Shown: positions 8,020 through 16,365 of the stretch, piece after piece
How the letters are laid out: each line of letters begins with the position of its first letter
Position numbering within the stretch: position 1 is the stretch's first letter
DNA from: Pirellula staleyi DSM 6068
Lineage (GTDB): Bacteria; Planctomycetota; Planctomycetia; Pirellulales; Pirellulaceae
NCBI GenBank assembly: GCA_000025185.1
Contig: CP001848.1
Coordinates: forward strand, 4,740,001-4,772,000
Length of the DNA stretch: 32,000 nucleotides
Direction of reading: 5' to 3'
Position numbers and translations under genes: made by a program
Notes under the pieces: generated by a model
What the model saw: only the letters and a program-made list of their open reading frames with translations
Databases searched by the model: none
Told to the model about the DNA's origin: nothing

Positions 8020-9525
8020 TTGCTGGAAGATGTACCTGCCGTGACAGACAGGGCCGATCATCGTTGGTGGCTATCGACACTGCTCGCCGCAGCTTGCTGT
8101 GCGCTTGGTGCTGCGTGGGTTGTTGAGCCGCTGCTCGATATGCCCACTTGGCCGATGCGCATTGGCTTCCTGCTAAGTGGCTTGCTGCTCGCGATTATTG
8201 TGATTCAGATCGCTAATGTTCGGCGATCGTCGCAAAGCAAAGCAGCGCAGCGTTACATCGACCTGCTTTGCCGCATCGAGCCCCATCTGCTGGCCGACGA
8301 ATCGACCACCGCCGCACTCCCGCGGCTGTCGAGCGACAATCCGTGGGCTCCGGTTTTTCAGCGAGTCCACAACTGTCTAGCGGACTACGCCCGGCAACTC
8401 GACGAAGCACGGCACCTCTCCAGTATTGCCGAAGTGCGCGCCCGTCACGCTAGTCGTCAATTCGAACAACTCACCGAAATATTGAACGGTCTCTCGGACC
8501 CCGTTGTCGCGATCGATCAGTTTGGCGAAATCACCCTCTCGAACCAGAGCGCACAACGTCTGCTCAAACTTCCGGTCGAAGCCGACACTCACGCTGCTCT
8601 CGAGCAGCTCGATCTCTGCGAAGAACTCGTCAGCCTGCTCGGTGAAACACGCAAACGCCGCGTACCTGCTGTGCGTCAAGCGGAAACAGAGCTCTCCGAC
8701 GATCAAGGTCGCAAGCACTGGTTTCGAATCACCTGTAAGGCGCTTGCAGGCGACGAGCAGTCGAGTGGTAACGAACAGCATGGCGCTGTGGCCGTACTCA
8801 CCGATATTTCAGGACAAAAAGCGATTCAAAAACGAAATGCCGAGTTTGTATCGGCCGTCAGTCATGAGATGAAAACGCCGCTGTCGAGCATCCGCGCTTA
8901 CGTCGAGCTTCTGGCCGATGATGAAGCCGAAGATGATGCCACGCGCGAAGAGTTTTTGAAAGTAATCGAAAGCCAGACCGATCGACTACAGCGTCTGATC
9001 GATAACTTGCTGAATCTCGCTCGCATCGAAGCAGGGGTTGTGGCGGTCCAGAAATTGCCACAGTCACTCAACGAACTGCTGGGCGAAGCGGTGAACCTGC
9101 TCCAACCTGCAGCCCAGCAGAAGAACATCACACTGTCGTCAGAACTAAGCCCGATGTATCTCGGCGTGCTGGCCGATCGCGATACGTTGCTGCAAGCCGC
9201 CATAAACTTGATTTCCAATGCACTGAAATACACGCAGCCCGGCGGATCGGTGCAAGTGCGCAGCCGCTTGGCCGCCAGCGATGTTGTTTTCGAAGTGACC
9301 GACTCAGGTGTTGGTCTTTCCGAGGATGATTGCAAACGGGTCTTCGAAAAGTTCTATCGCGTGAAGAAAGATCGCGAGATGGCGTCGGGAACAGGACTAG
9401 GTTTGCCGCTCGTCAAACATATCGTGGAAGACATTCACAACGGACGTGTGGAAGTCGAGAGCAAGTTGGGGGAAGGGAGTACGTTTCGGCTCGTGCTACC
9501 GAGTGTCGGACAACTGAGTGCATAA
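8020..9525 (+). CDS. membrane-bound sensor histidine kinase (2 TM, PAS-like, HisKA, HATPase_c)
   Basis: TTG 8020 with GAGG ending 9 nt upstream (GTG 8041 is an alternative). Two TM helices are separated by a very short loop. Motifs: PAS-like LSDPVVAIDQFGEITLSNQSAQRLL, H-box SAVSHEMKTPLSSI, N-box NLISNALKYT, G1 DSGVGL, G2 GTGLGLPLV. Confidence 0.9.
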   Translation: MLEDVPAVTDRADHRWWLSTLLAAACCALGAAWVVEPLLDMPTWPMRIGFLLSGLLLAIIVIQIANVRRSSQSKAAQRYIDLLCRIEPHLLADESTTAALPRLSSDNPWAPVFQRVHNCLADYARQLDEARHLSSIAEVRARHASRQFEQLTEILNGLSDPVVAIDQFGEITLSNQSAQRLLKLPVEADTHAALEQLDLCEELVSLLGETRKRRVPAVRQAETELSDDQGRKHWFRITCKALAGDEQSSGNEQHGAVAVLTDISGQKAIQKRNAEFVSAVSHEMKTPLSSIRAYVELLADDEAEDDATREEFLKVIESQTDRLQRLIDNLLNLARIEAGVVAVQKLPQSLNELLGEAVNLLQPAAQQKNITLSSELSPMYLGVLADRDTLLQAAINLISNALKYTQPGGSVQVRSRLAASDVVFEVTDSGVGLSEDDCKRVFEKFYRVKKDREMASGTGLGLPLVKHIVEDIHNGRVEVESKLGEGSTFRLVLPSVGQLSA

Positions 9526-9588
9526 CTCCACGCTATCGCCAGCAGAGTGCTTGGTGATGGCGTGGTGATTTTGTTAAAGAAGCATGTC

Positions 9589-10026
9589 ATGGCTAAAACA
9601 ATCCTGCTTTGCGACGATGAGTTGCATATCTTACGTGCGGCGGAATTCAAATTCCGACGTGGCGGATACGACGTACTCCTTGCCAGCGATGGCGAAGAAG
9701 CGTGGCAACTGATTCGAAAACAGCTTCCCGACATTTTGGTTACCGACTGTCAGATGCCGCGGCTTTCGGGACTCGAACTGGCCGAGCGCGTCAGAAACAA
9801 TTCCGAAACGAACATGCTGCCGGTGATCATGCTCAGCGCGAAAGGCTTTGAGCTTTCGCAGCAAGAAATCAGCGAGCGTTATGGGATTCGCCTGCTCCTT
9901 GGAAAGCCGTTCTCGCCTCGTGATTTGTACGCTCGTGTCGAAGCAATCCTGGCGGGCGATTCGCCACTCGCTTCCTGCTGTCCCACTTCGGCTGTTTCGC
10001 AGTGGCTTCTTCCACATCGATTTTAG
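9589..10026 (+). CDS. single-domain (CheY-like) response regulator receiver protein
   Basis: ATG 9589 (MAKTILLCDDE). It has the acidic DD pair, the phospho-acceptor Asp in ILVTDCQMP, Ser in MLSAK and Lys in LGKPFS. A ~125-aa receiver is followed by a short tail with no recognisable output domain. Confidence 0.9.
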   Translation: MAKTILLCDDELHILRAAEFKFRRGGYDVLLASDGEEAWQLIRKQLPDILVTDCQMPRLSGLELAERVRNNSETNMLPVIMLSAKGFELSQQEISERYGIRLLLGKPFSPRDLYARVEAILAGDSPLASCCPTSAVSQWLLPHRF

Positions 10027-10080
10027 TCGCACACTTGCGATGACTACCAACAACGCGAACTTCTCGCACAAGTACGTTCC

Positions 10081-10407
10081 ATGAAGCTTCCTACCGAAAC
10101 GTTTGGCGATGTGATTGTGGCGCATACGCCCGAAGAACTGAGTGGCGATACTGCGGACCAACTCGAGCAGGTTCTCACGGGGCTCGATCGCGTGAATGTT
10201 GTGCTCGACATCAGTGGCAGCGAAACGATTGATAGTGGCGGGCTTGAAGCGATTTGCACCGCGCAAGAAGCACTGCGGGCCCTCGGTGGAGATTTAAAAG
10301 TAAGCACCACCAGCAGCGTGAATCGCAAGATTCTCGAGATCACCAGGCTCGACGAGCAGATCGAAGTTTACGAAGCGGTGATCGACGCCGTCCGAAGTTT
10401 TGTGTAA
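10081..10407 (+). CDS. STAS-domain protein (anti-sigma-factor-antagonist / SpoIIAA-RsbV-like)
   Basis: 108 aa. VVLDISGSETIDSGGLEAI matches the SpoIIAA-type DxSxxxxxDSxG region, including the Ser that is phosphorylated in partner-switching systems. Length and secondary-structure pattern are typical of single-domain STAS proteins. Confidence 0.85.
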   Translation: MKLPTETFGDVIVAHTPEELSGDTADQLEQVLTGLDRVNVVLDISGSETIDSGGLEAICTAQEALRALGGDLKVSTTSSVNRKILEITRLDEQIEVYEAVIDAVRSFV

Positions 10408-10436
10408 TTGCCGGCAAGAACGAACCTCTCCAAGCC

Positions 10437-12227
10437 ATGTCTCATCACCCTGCACCACCGCAACGACTCGGCAATATCCTCATTGAACGAGGATACTTGA
10501 CCGTTGCGCATTTGCAGCAAGCACTCGATCACCAGCAGCGTGCAGGGCGCGGAAAGCTCCTCGGCGAGATTCTCGTCGAGCTCTCGCTCTGCACGGAAGA
10601 TCAGGTGATGGAATGCCTGGCTCAGGTCTATTGCGTTCCGTACGCAAAGCTCGAGCAGCGTCTGTCCGACCCTCGGATCGTCGAGTTACTCCCTCGCGAA
10701 TACATCGAAAAAAATCTTGTATTTCCGCTATTTCGCATTCAGCAGACCCTGACAGTTGCGGTCACCGAGCCGTCTAATCTCTTTTTGCTCGAAGAGATTC
10801 GGGGCCTCACGGGCCTGACGGTCCAGATTGTTGCCAGCTCCGCCAAAGACATTCGGCGGATGATCACAACACTGCCGGACAGCAAAACGTTTGTCATCGA
10901 AGACATCATCGAAGACAACTCGCAAACCGAAGTGACGCTGATCGAATCGGCAGTCGAAGATATCAGCGACTCGACAGAATGCGCGGGTCAGTCGCCGGTG
11001 ATTCGGCTCGTGAATTACGTGATCTATCACGCGGTGAAGGAAGGGGCAAGCGATATCCACATTGAGCCCGCCGAACGCTGCGTGAGAGTTCGGTATCGCA
11101 TCGATGGCAAGCTCTATAAGTCGCTCGAAGTTCCGCTGAATCTGCTCGGCGCTGTTACGAGCCGCATCAAGATCATGGCGTCGCTCGATATCAGCGAACG
11201 CCGACTTCCTCAAGATGGCCGCGTGCATGTGATGCTCGATGGTCGCAAAGTCGATCTTCGCGTCAGTACTTTTCCGGGGAATCGTGGTGAAAAAACGGTG
11301 ATTCGCGTGCTCGACACACGCAGTGTGTCGCTCAATTTGCGAGATCTCGGTTTTGCCGAAGATATTCTCACGCCGCTGCAACAGAGCATCAATGCGCCCA
11401 ACGGCATTGTGCTCGTGACAGGTCCCACAGGAAGTGGAAAAAGCACCACGCTCTATGCAGCGCTCAATGAGATTGCGTCGATGGAGAACAACATCTGCAC
11501 CGTTGAAGACCCGATCGAATATCACTTGCCTCTGATCAATCAGTTTCAAGTGCAAGAGCGCGTCGGTCTGACGTTTTCAAAAGCGCTCCGAACATTGCTG
11601 CGGCAAGATCCCGACGTGATCATGGTAGGTGAAGTGCGTGATGATGAAACGGCTCGCACCGCCATTCAAGCAGCGCTCACTGGGCACTTGGTATTCAGCA
11701 CGCTCCATACCAACGATGCAGCCTCGGCGATCACCCGTCTCATCAACATGGGTGTTGAGCCGTACCTCATCGGTGCCGCACTCAACGCCGTACTGGCGCA
11801 GCGCCTGGTGCGCCGCATTTGTGGCAAGTGTCGCGAGGCATACGATCCGCCACGAACCTTGCGCAAGGCGATTGAAAAAATGGGCTACCCCATGGAGAAG
11901 TTCTTCAAGGGGGCCGGCTGTCGCAAGTGTCGCAACACAGGCTACAGCGGACGCGTCGGGGTCCACGAACTGCTGATCGTGAACGACGAACTTCGGGATG
12001 CAATTGTCGCTGGCAAGAGCGTGGCTGAACTACGTCGAATAGCAGCCGCTTACAACATGGTGACACTGCGTCACGATGGATTCCGCAAAGTGCGTGAAGG
12101 ACTGACCAGCGTCGAAGAAGTGATCCAAATCGCTGGCGAAACGGTCGGCGGCGATCGCATCGCCGCTGTTGAATTGCCGACTACGTCTGCACCTCATGCC
12201 ACCGCCTCTAGCGGCGCAGGTGCCTAA
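10437..12227 (+). CDS. GspE/PilB/MshE-family secretion/pilus assembly ATPase with MshEN-type N-terminal domain
   Basis: ATG 10437 (MSHHPAPPQRLGNILIERGYL). Motifs: Walker A GPTGSGKST, Asp box VEDPIEY, Walker B DPDVIMVGEVRD, His box TGHLVFSTLHTND, tetracysteine CGKC...CRKC. The 10254 start in the ORF track overlaps the STAS gene and encodes Arg-rich sequence. Confidence 0.95.
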   Translation: MSHHPAPPQRLGNILIERGYLTVAHLQQALDHQQRAGRGKLLGEILVELSLCTEDQVMECLAQVYCVPYAKLEQRLSDPRIVELLPREYIEKNLVFPLFRIQQTLTVAVTEPSNLFLLEEIRGLTGLTVQIVASSAKDIRRMITTLPDSKTFVIEDIIEDNSQTEVTLIESAVEDISDSTECAGQSPVIRLVNYVIYHAVKEGASDIHIEPAERCVRVRYRIDGKLYKSLEVPLNLLGAVTSRIKIMASLDISERRLPQDGRVHVMLDGRKVDLRVSTFPGNRGEKTVIRVLDTRSVSLNLRDLGFAEDILTPLQQSINAPNGIVLVTGPTGSGKSTTLYAALNEIASMENNICTVEDPIEYHLPLINQFQVQERVGLTFSKALRTLLRQDPDVIMVGEVRDDETARTAIQAALTGHLVFSTLHTNDAASAITRLINMGVEPYLIGAALNAVLAQRLVRRICGKCREAYDPPRTLRKAIEKMGYPMEKFFKGAGCRKCRNTGYSGRVGVHELLIVNDELRDAIVAGKSVAELRRIAAAYNMVTLRHDGFRKVREGLTSVEEVIQIAGETVGGDRIAAVELPTTSAPHATASSGAGA

Positions 12228-12229
12228 CC

Positions 12230-13426
12230 ATGAGCACAGTTTTTGCCTACGAAGGTCGAGATTCGCTTGGCAAATCGGCCAGTGGCGAGATTGAAGCCGA
12301 GTCGCGCGATGAAGCCATGGTCAAGCTCCGCCGCGATGGCGTGCAAGTGAGCAAAATCGACGAACAAGAGGATCAGAGCGAGCTCTTTCCTCGAGCAATT
12401 CGCAAGACCGACATCATCTATGCCACCAGCCAGTTGGCGGTGATGGTCGAAACCGGAATTACGTTATCGACCGCGCTCGACTCGATTGCATCGCATGAGC
12501 AGCACCCAACGCTCAAACGTGTGCTGCTCGACCTGAAGCGTCATGTTGAATCGGGCGATGATTTTTCGAGCGCACTTGCGCGACATCCGCAGCACTTCGA
12601 CCGAACCTATGTGTCGCTGATTCGCGCGAGTGAACAGACAGGTACCACGGGCGAAATGCTCGACACCGTGGCCCTTTACCTGCGCAGTCAACTCGAGACA
12701 CGCCAAAAAGTGATGGCCGCGCTGGCCTACCCTGCGGTGATGCTCGCCGTGGCTGTGGCCGTGACGATTTTTTTGCTCACCTATATTTTGCCCAAGTTCG
12801 AGCCGCTGTTCAGCCGCAAAGGTGTGAAACTCCCCAGCATCACTGTGGCGATGATGACGATGTCGGATCTGATGATCGACTACTGGTATCTTTGGCTCGC
12901 CGCCACACTGGCTGCCGTGATTGGCTACTTCTGGGGTCGCCGAACGCCACTAGGAATTCAGATGCTCGACTGGCTCTCGATCCACACACCGATCATCGGA
13001 CCGATGTCGCGTAAAGTGGCGCTCAGCAGGAGCATTCGCACGCTGGGAACGATGGTGGCAAGTGGAGTGTCGATGCTCGATGCTATCCGCATCACGAGCG
13101 AAGTCTCGAGTAACTACTATTTCGAACGAGCATGGCTGAAGGTGCTCGATGCCGTGACCGAAGGTAATCGGATCTGCCACGCGCTCGAAGGTGATCCACT
13201 CTTTCCGCCGACACTTGTACAAATGATTTCGGCTGGTGAAGACACCGGCAAGCTCGACTCGGTGCTGCAGCGTGTGAGCAGCTATTACGACAAGGAAGTC
13301 GAAACTTCGCTCAAAGCGACGACGAGTCTGATCGAACCGCTGATGATCACCGGCATGGGTGTCGTGGTGGGTGGCATCGCGCTTGGGCTGTTGATGCCGA
13401 TCTTCCAACTCAGTCGCGGTGGCTAG
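12230..13426 (+). CDS. GspF/PilC-family inner-membrane platform protein
   Basis: 398 aa, with ATG 2 nt after the ATPase stop. It shows the duplicated T2SS-F-type organisation with three hydrophobic segments: AYPAVMLAVAVAVTIFLLTYILP, YWYLWLAATLAAVIGYF and LIEPLMITGMGVVVGGIALGLLMPIF. Confidence 0.95.
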   Translation: MSTVFAYEGRDSLGKSASGEIEAESRDEAMVKLRRDGVQVSKIDEQEDQSELFPRAIRKTDIIYATSQLAVMVETGITLSTALDSIASHEQHPTLKRVLLDLKRHVESGDDFSSALARHPQHFDRTYVSLIRASEQTGTTGEMLDTVALYLRSQLETRQKVMAALAYPAVMLAVAVAVTIFLLTYILPKFEPLFSRKGVKLPSITVAMMTMSDLMIDYWYLWLAATLAAVIGYFWGRRTPLGIQMLDWLSIHTPIIGPMSRKVALSRSIRTLGTMVASGVSMLDAIRITSEVSSNYYFERAWLKVLDAVTEGNRICHALEGDPLFPPTLVQMISAGEDTGKLDSVLQRVSSYYDKEVETSLKATTSLIEPLMITGMGVVVGGIALGLLMPIFQLSRGG

Positions 13427-13651
13427 TGCAGCTGATGTGCTGCCAACCTATCTTCAACACTGTTGCGTGCTTCAACCCATCCACGAAAACCAGCTAGATG
13501 AGTGGGATTTTGCTCGCCAGACTGGCGCGCAGCAAAGGACTCCGCTTCAAATCCGCGATGCTGTAGGAAAACAGCGATGGAGGAGAGCCGGAGGGAAGGC
13601 GGACGATCGTTCAGAGTGAGATCGCCGCCGTAAGCAGCAGGACGTGTCGGA

Positions 13652-13849
13652 CTAGGCGCCGGGTGTCAAGCGAGTGCGGCGCGAACGGCGTTCGGCACGC
13701 AGACGTGCACGACGGCGAATTTCGCTTGGCTTCTCGTAGTATTCTCGACGACGCATTTCCTTCTTGATGCCGCTACGTTCCACCAACTTACGGAACCGGC
13801 GGACCGCTTCTTGAATGCTCTCGCGGTCGCGAACAATCAACTTAACCAT
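13652..13849 (-). CDS. rpsU: 30S ribosomal protein S21
   Basis: [47 protein letters not shown] matches the S21 pattern (RRFK..., RRREFYEKPS..R). ATG 13849 is preceded by GGAGG with a 5-nt spacer. The 13912 start in the track adds a non-conserved leader. Confidence 0.9.
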   Translation of the reverse strand: MVKLIVRDRESIQEAVRRFRKLVERSGIKKEMRRREYYEKPSEIRRRARLRAERRSRRTRLTPGA

Positions 13850-14214
13850 CTTGCCTCCAGAGGGCGGAGCGAAACCGAGATAACCTGACATGCAGCCAGC
13901 GGCACAATTCAATCGCTGGTTTAACAGTGCCAGAATCGCCGTAAAGCGATATGGGAAAGCGAGAAAGTGTACCTTATCGGCTGGTCGCCTGTCCAGGGGA
14001 CAGCATTTGAAAACTGAATCCCCACGGGAACTTAGGACGACACCAGAAAACTCGCTACAAACACCCCAGTTTCACAATCTGCCACGAAATGCTTGTTTTC
14101 AGCCGCGGAGCTATTCGCGACTCCATTAAAGGCGAATAAGACTCCATAAGCATCGCCCCGGAGATTCTGCCGGGCAATCTCGCAGACACCAGTCTACCCG
14201 CCAGGACGAGAGCA

Positions 14215-15198
14215 CTAGGGGGTCGAGAGAGGCTGCGAATTCGCGGCAAACTTTCCTTGCCAAGTGTCGCGGCGCTCGAGCTCTTCTTTGAGTTTTTTGA
14301 GAACAGCCGGCTTATCGAGGCACCAATCGGGGCCGATGAAGTAGTCGGGAGGTGCATCGCCGCTGATCCGCTCCACAATCATCGATGGCGGAAGGACTTC
14401 CAAGCAGTCGATGAGGGTTTGGATGTAGTCGTCGAGACCCATCAACTGCACTTCGCCGGCGGCTACCTGGTCGGCTAATTTGGTGTGATGGACGGCGTAG
14501 AGGTTGTGGATTTTCACGGCGTCGAGCCCCAGCCGCGCCACTTCCTTGGCGGAATCAACCATGTCGTCGTGCGATTCACCAGGAAGGCCCAGAATCAGGT
14601 GGGCACAGATCTCAAAACCTCGATTTTGGCTTCGCGCAATGGCGTCGATCATTGCATCGTGGTGATGGCCACGATTCATCCAGTCGAGCGAACGATCGTG
14701 CATCGTTTGCATGCCGTATTCGACCGAAAGATAGGTCCGCTGACCAATCTCGGTGAGCAGGTCGAGCACGTCGTCGGGAACAGCATCGGGGCGTGTGCCA
14801 ATCGCCATGCCAACCACTTGTGGATGCTCGAGAGCCCGCTCATAAAGTGCCCGTAATTTGCTCACTTCGCCATAGGTGTTGGTGGCTGGCTGGAAGTAGG
14901 CGATGAATTGATCGCAGACATAACGCATTTTCAGACGGCTGATGCCATCGTTAATCTGCTCCAAAACGTCGCGCCGACGGACGCGTCGACTGGGGCTGAA
15001 ACTGCGGTTGTCGCAGAACGTGCAGCCACCAACCGCCACCGTTCCGTCGACATTGGGGCAAGTGAAGCCCGCGTCGATGCTCACCTTTTGAACGCGTGCA
15101 CCGAACTTCTGTCGGAGAAAGAAGTTATACGCATGGTAGCGCAAACCGTCGGCACGCCAAGCCGGATCGCCAATCGAGGGGTTTTCGCCGATATTCAT
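14215..15198 (-). CDS. radical SAM protein, TIGR01212 (YhcC-like) family
   Basis: GFTCPNVDGTVAVGGCTFC (the family's CxxxxxxxxxxxCxxC-type cluster), AYFQPATNTY, GTRPDAVPDDVLDLL and NRGHHHD are colinear with E. coli YhcC as I remember it. Confidence 0.85.
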   Translation of the reverse strand: MNIGENPSIGDPAWRADGLRYHAYNFFLRQKFGARVQKVSIDAGFTCPNVDGTVAVGGCTFCDNRSFSPSRRVRRRDVLEQINDGISRLKMRYVCDQFIAYFQPATNTYGEVSKLRALYERALEHPQVVGMAIGTRPDAVPDDVLDLLTEIGQRTYLSVEYGMQTMHDRSLDWMNRGHHHDAMIDAIARSQNRGFEICAHLILGLPGESHDDMVDSAKEVARLGLDAVKIHNLYAVHHTKLADQVAAGEVQLMGLDDYIQTLIDCLEVLPPSMIVERISGDAPPDYFIGPDWCLDKPAVLKKLKEELERRDTWQGKFAANSQPLSTP

Positions 15199-15543
15199 TG
15201 ACGGTTACTGACCCCTCGGATAGAGTGATGATCGAACAGAGTTAATCGAGTGGAAAGTGCAGCGGTTGCCACTGGAACTTCGCAGTTTTATTGTAACTGA
15301 ATTGCCCGAAACGAATTAGGTGAAGCCTAGCTTCCTCTAAGAGGCAGCATCCTAGCAAGGGTGCAAGCGTCTAACTGGCGTGGTCTTGCAAAAGTCATCC
15401 CAGGTTGATGCTCGTTTGCATGGCGACAACGCTTGTCGCTGTGGGTTGTTCGTTGCGTGTTTGGTTCCTGATCTTAGGCCGTCGCACAACTCCGCTCAAG
15501 GTTCCCGCTAGCCAGCAATAGTCTTTGGAATTGCAAGCAAGCT

Positions 15544-15594
15544 CCTGCGAGTTGGGATTTCGTATCGATACGGTTTCTTCCCAACCAGCGCAGG
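15544..15594. other. 51-nt three-tier nested inverted repeat (stem-loop or palindromic binding site) in a long intergenic region
   Basis: CCTGCG-a-GTTGGGA-ttt-CGTATCGATACG-gtttct-TCCCAAC-cag-CGCAGG gives 6-bp and 7-bp outer stems plus a central 12-nt perfect palindrome. It lies 127 nt upstream of the FHA gene start. The strand is ambiguous because the element is palindromic. Confidence 0.4.
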
Positions 15595-15720
15595 CGACTG
15601 GGTTTATTCGCGGCGATGATCTTTCGCTGCTGTAATGCTTTGTCGTTGAATGTTTGGGAAACTTGCCATGCCAAAATCGCAGCTGTCGGCGGGGTTTTGC
15701 CATTGGGGAGGCGAATCCGC

Positions 15721-16176
15721 ATGTACGGGGAACTGGTTCCAGTAGGTGGTGGCGATCCGATCCCACTCCTAAAGACAACCCTGACCGTCGGTCGACGCGA
15801 AAGTTGCGATGTCGTTTTGCGATTCGGCAACGTTTCAGGACAGCATTGTCAGCTGACCGTCGAGAGCGGCTATTGGTTCGTTCAGGACCTCAATAGCCAA
15901 AACGGCGTGAAGGTGAATGGCCAGCGTGTTTCGCGCAAACGGGTCGACCCGGGCGATGAGATTTCGATGGCCAAGCATGCCTATCGGCTGCACTACACCC
16001 CCACGGATCTCGGTGCCAACGGTCCCCCTCCAGCCGACGAAACCGAATTCTCGTCGATCATGGGGAAATCGCTGCTCGATCGAGCTGGTCTTGCTCGCAA
16101 AGCAGCGCCGATGCCAGGGCGCTATAACCCATCGAACGACGCCGCTGGACAAATGCGCAAGCGAACCGACGACTAG
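15721..16176 (+). CDS. small FHA-domain protein
   Basis: ATG 15721 preceded by GGGGAGG. LTVGRRESCDVVLRFGNVSGQHCQLTVESGYWFVQDLNSQNGVKVNGQRV is a canonical FHA core (GR...D, SxxH, DLxSxNG). It is followed by a disordered C-terminal tail. Confidence 0.85.
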   Translation: MYGELVPVGGGDPIPLLKTTLTVGRRESCDVVLRFGNVSGQHCQLTVESGYWFVQDLNSQNGVKVNGQRVSRKRVDPGDEISMAKHAYRLHYTPTDLGANGPPPADETEFSSIMGKSLLDRAGLARKAAPMPGRYNPSNDAAGQMRKRTDD

Positions 16177-16187
16177 ATCGCTGGCTG

Positions 16188-16221
16188 GCTTTCTTCTGAA
16201 ACCTGCTTTCTTCTGAAACCC
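16188..16221. repeat. 2 x 17-bp tandem direct repeat
   Basis: gctttcttctgaaacct (16188-16204) and gctttcttctgaaaccc (16205-16221) are identical at 16 of 17 positions. The repeat starts 12 nt after the FHA gene stop. Confidence 0.85.
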
Positions 16222-16227
16222 GCCTCC

Positions 16228-16254
16228 CTGCAGTGGCCTTTGCTGCCACTGCAG
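16228..16254 (+). terminator. GC-rich hairpin, candidate terminator of the FHA gene (no U-tract)
   Basis: CTGCAGTGGC-ctttgct-GCCACTGCAG is a perfect 10-bp stem with a 7-nt loop, 52 nt after the stop. There is no T-run afterwards, so the terminator function is inferred. Confidence 0.45.
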
Positions 16255-16365
16255 CCGGCTACCGAGCAGCATCGCTCGCTGGCCGAGCCCTGGCACACAA
16301 AGCCTGCCAATCCGGCTACACTAGCGAGCTTTCCGACGCCTCCCCATCTCTGCCTGGAGACACTG

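Noticed and set aside
10254-10436. N-terminal 61-aa extension of the ATPase ORF
   Set aside because: It overlaps the 3' half of the STAS gene in another frame and is Arg/His-rich junk. The MshEN-type domain begins right after ATG 10437.
10728-11555. 275-aa ORF antisense to the ATPase gene
   Set aside because: It lies opposite the most conserved part (Walker A region) of a confidently identified gene and has no recognisable motifs.
13419-13619. 66-aa ORF following the platform-protein gene
   Set aside because: It starts inside the end of the upstream gene, has no motifs, and lies in a convergent gap with rpsU.
15395-15830. 127-aa and 118-aa minus-strand ORFs in the radical SAM / FHA intergenic region
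   Set aside because: They overlap each other and the FHA gene start. They have no signal, motif or SD support, and the region is better explained as structured non-coding DNA.
16240-16365. N-terminal 42-aa extension of the Dabb ORF
   Set aside because: It runs through the 10-bp-stem hairpin at 16228-16254 and is Pro-rich with no similarity to the family. The Dabb fold starts at MLAHMVYFALK.
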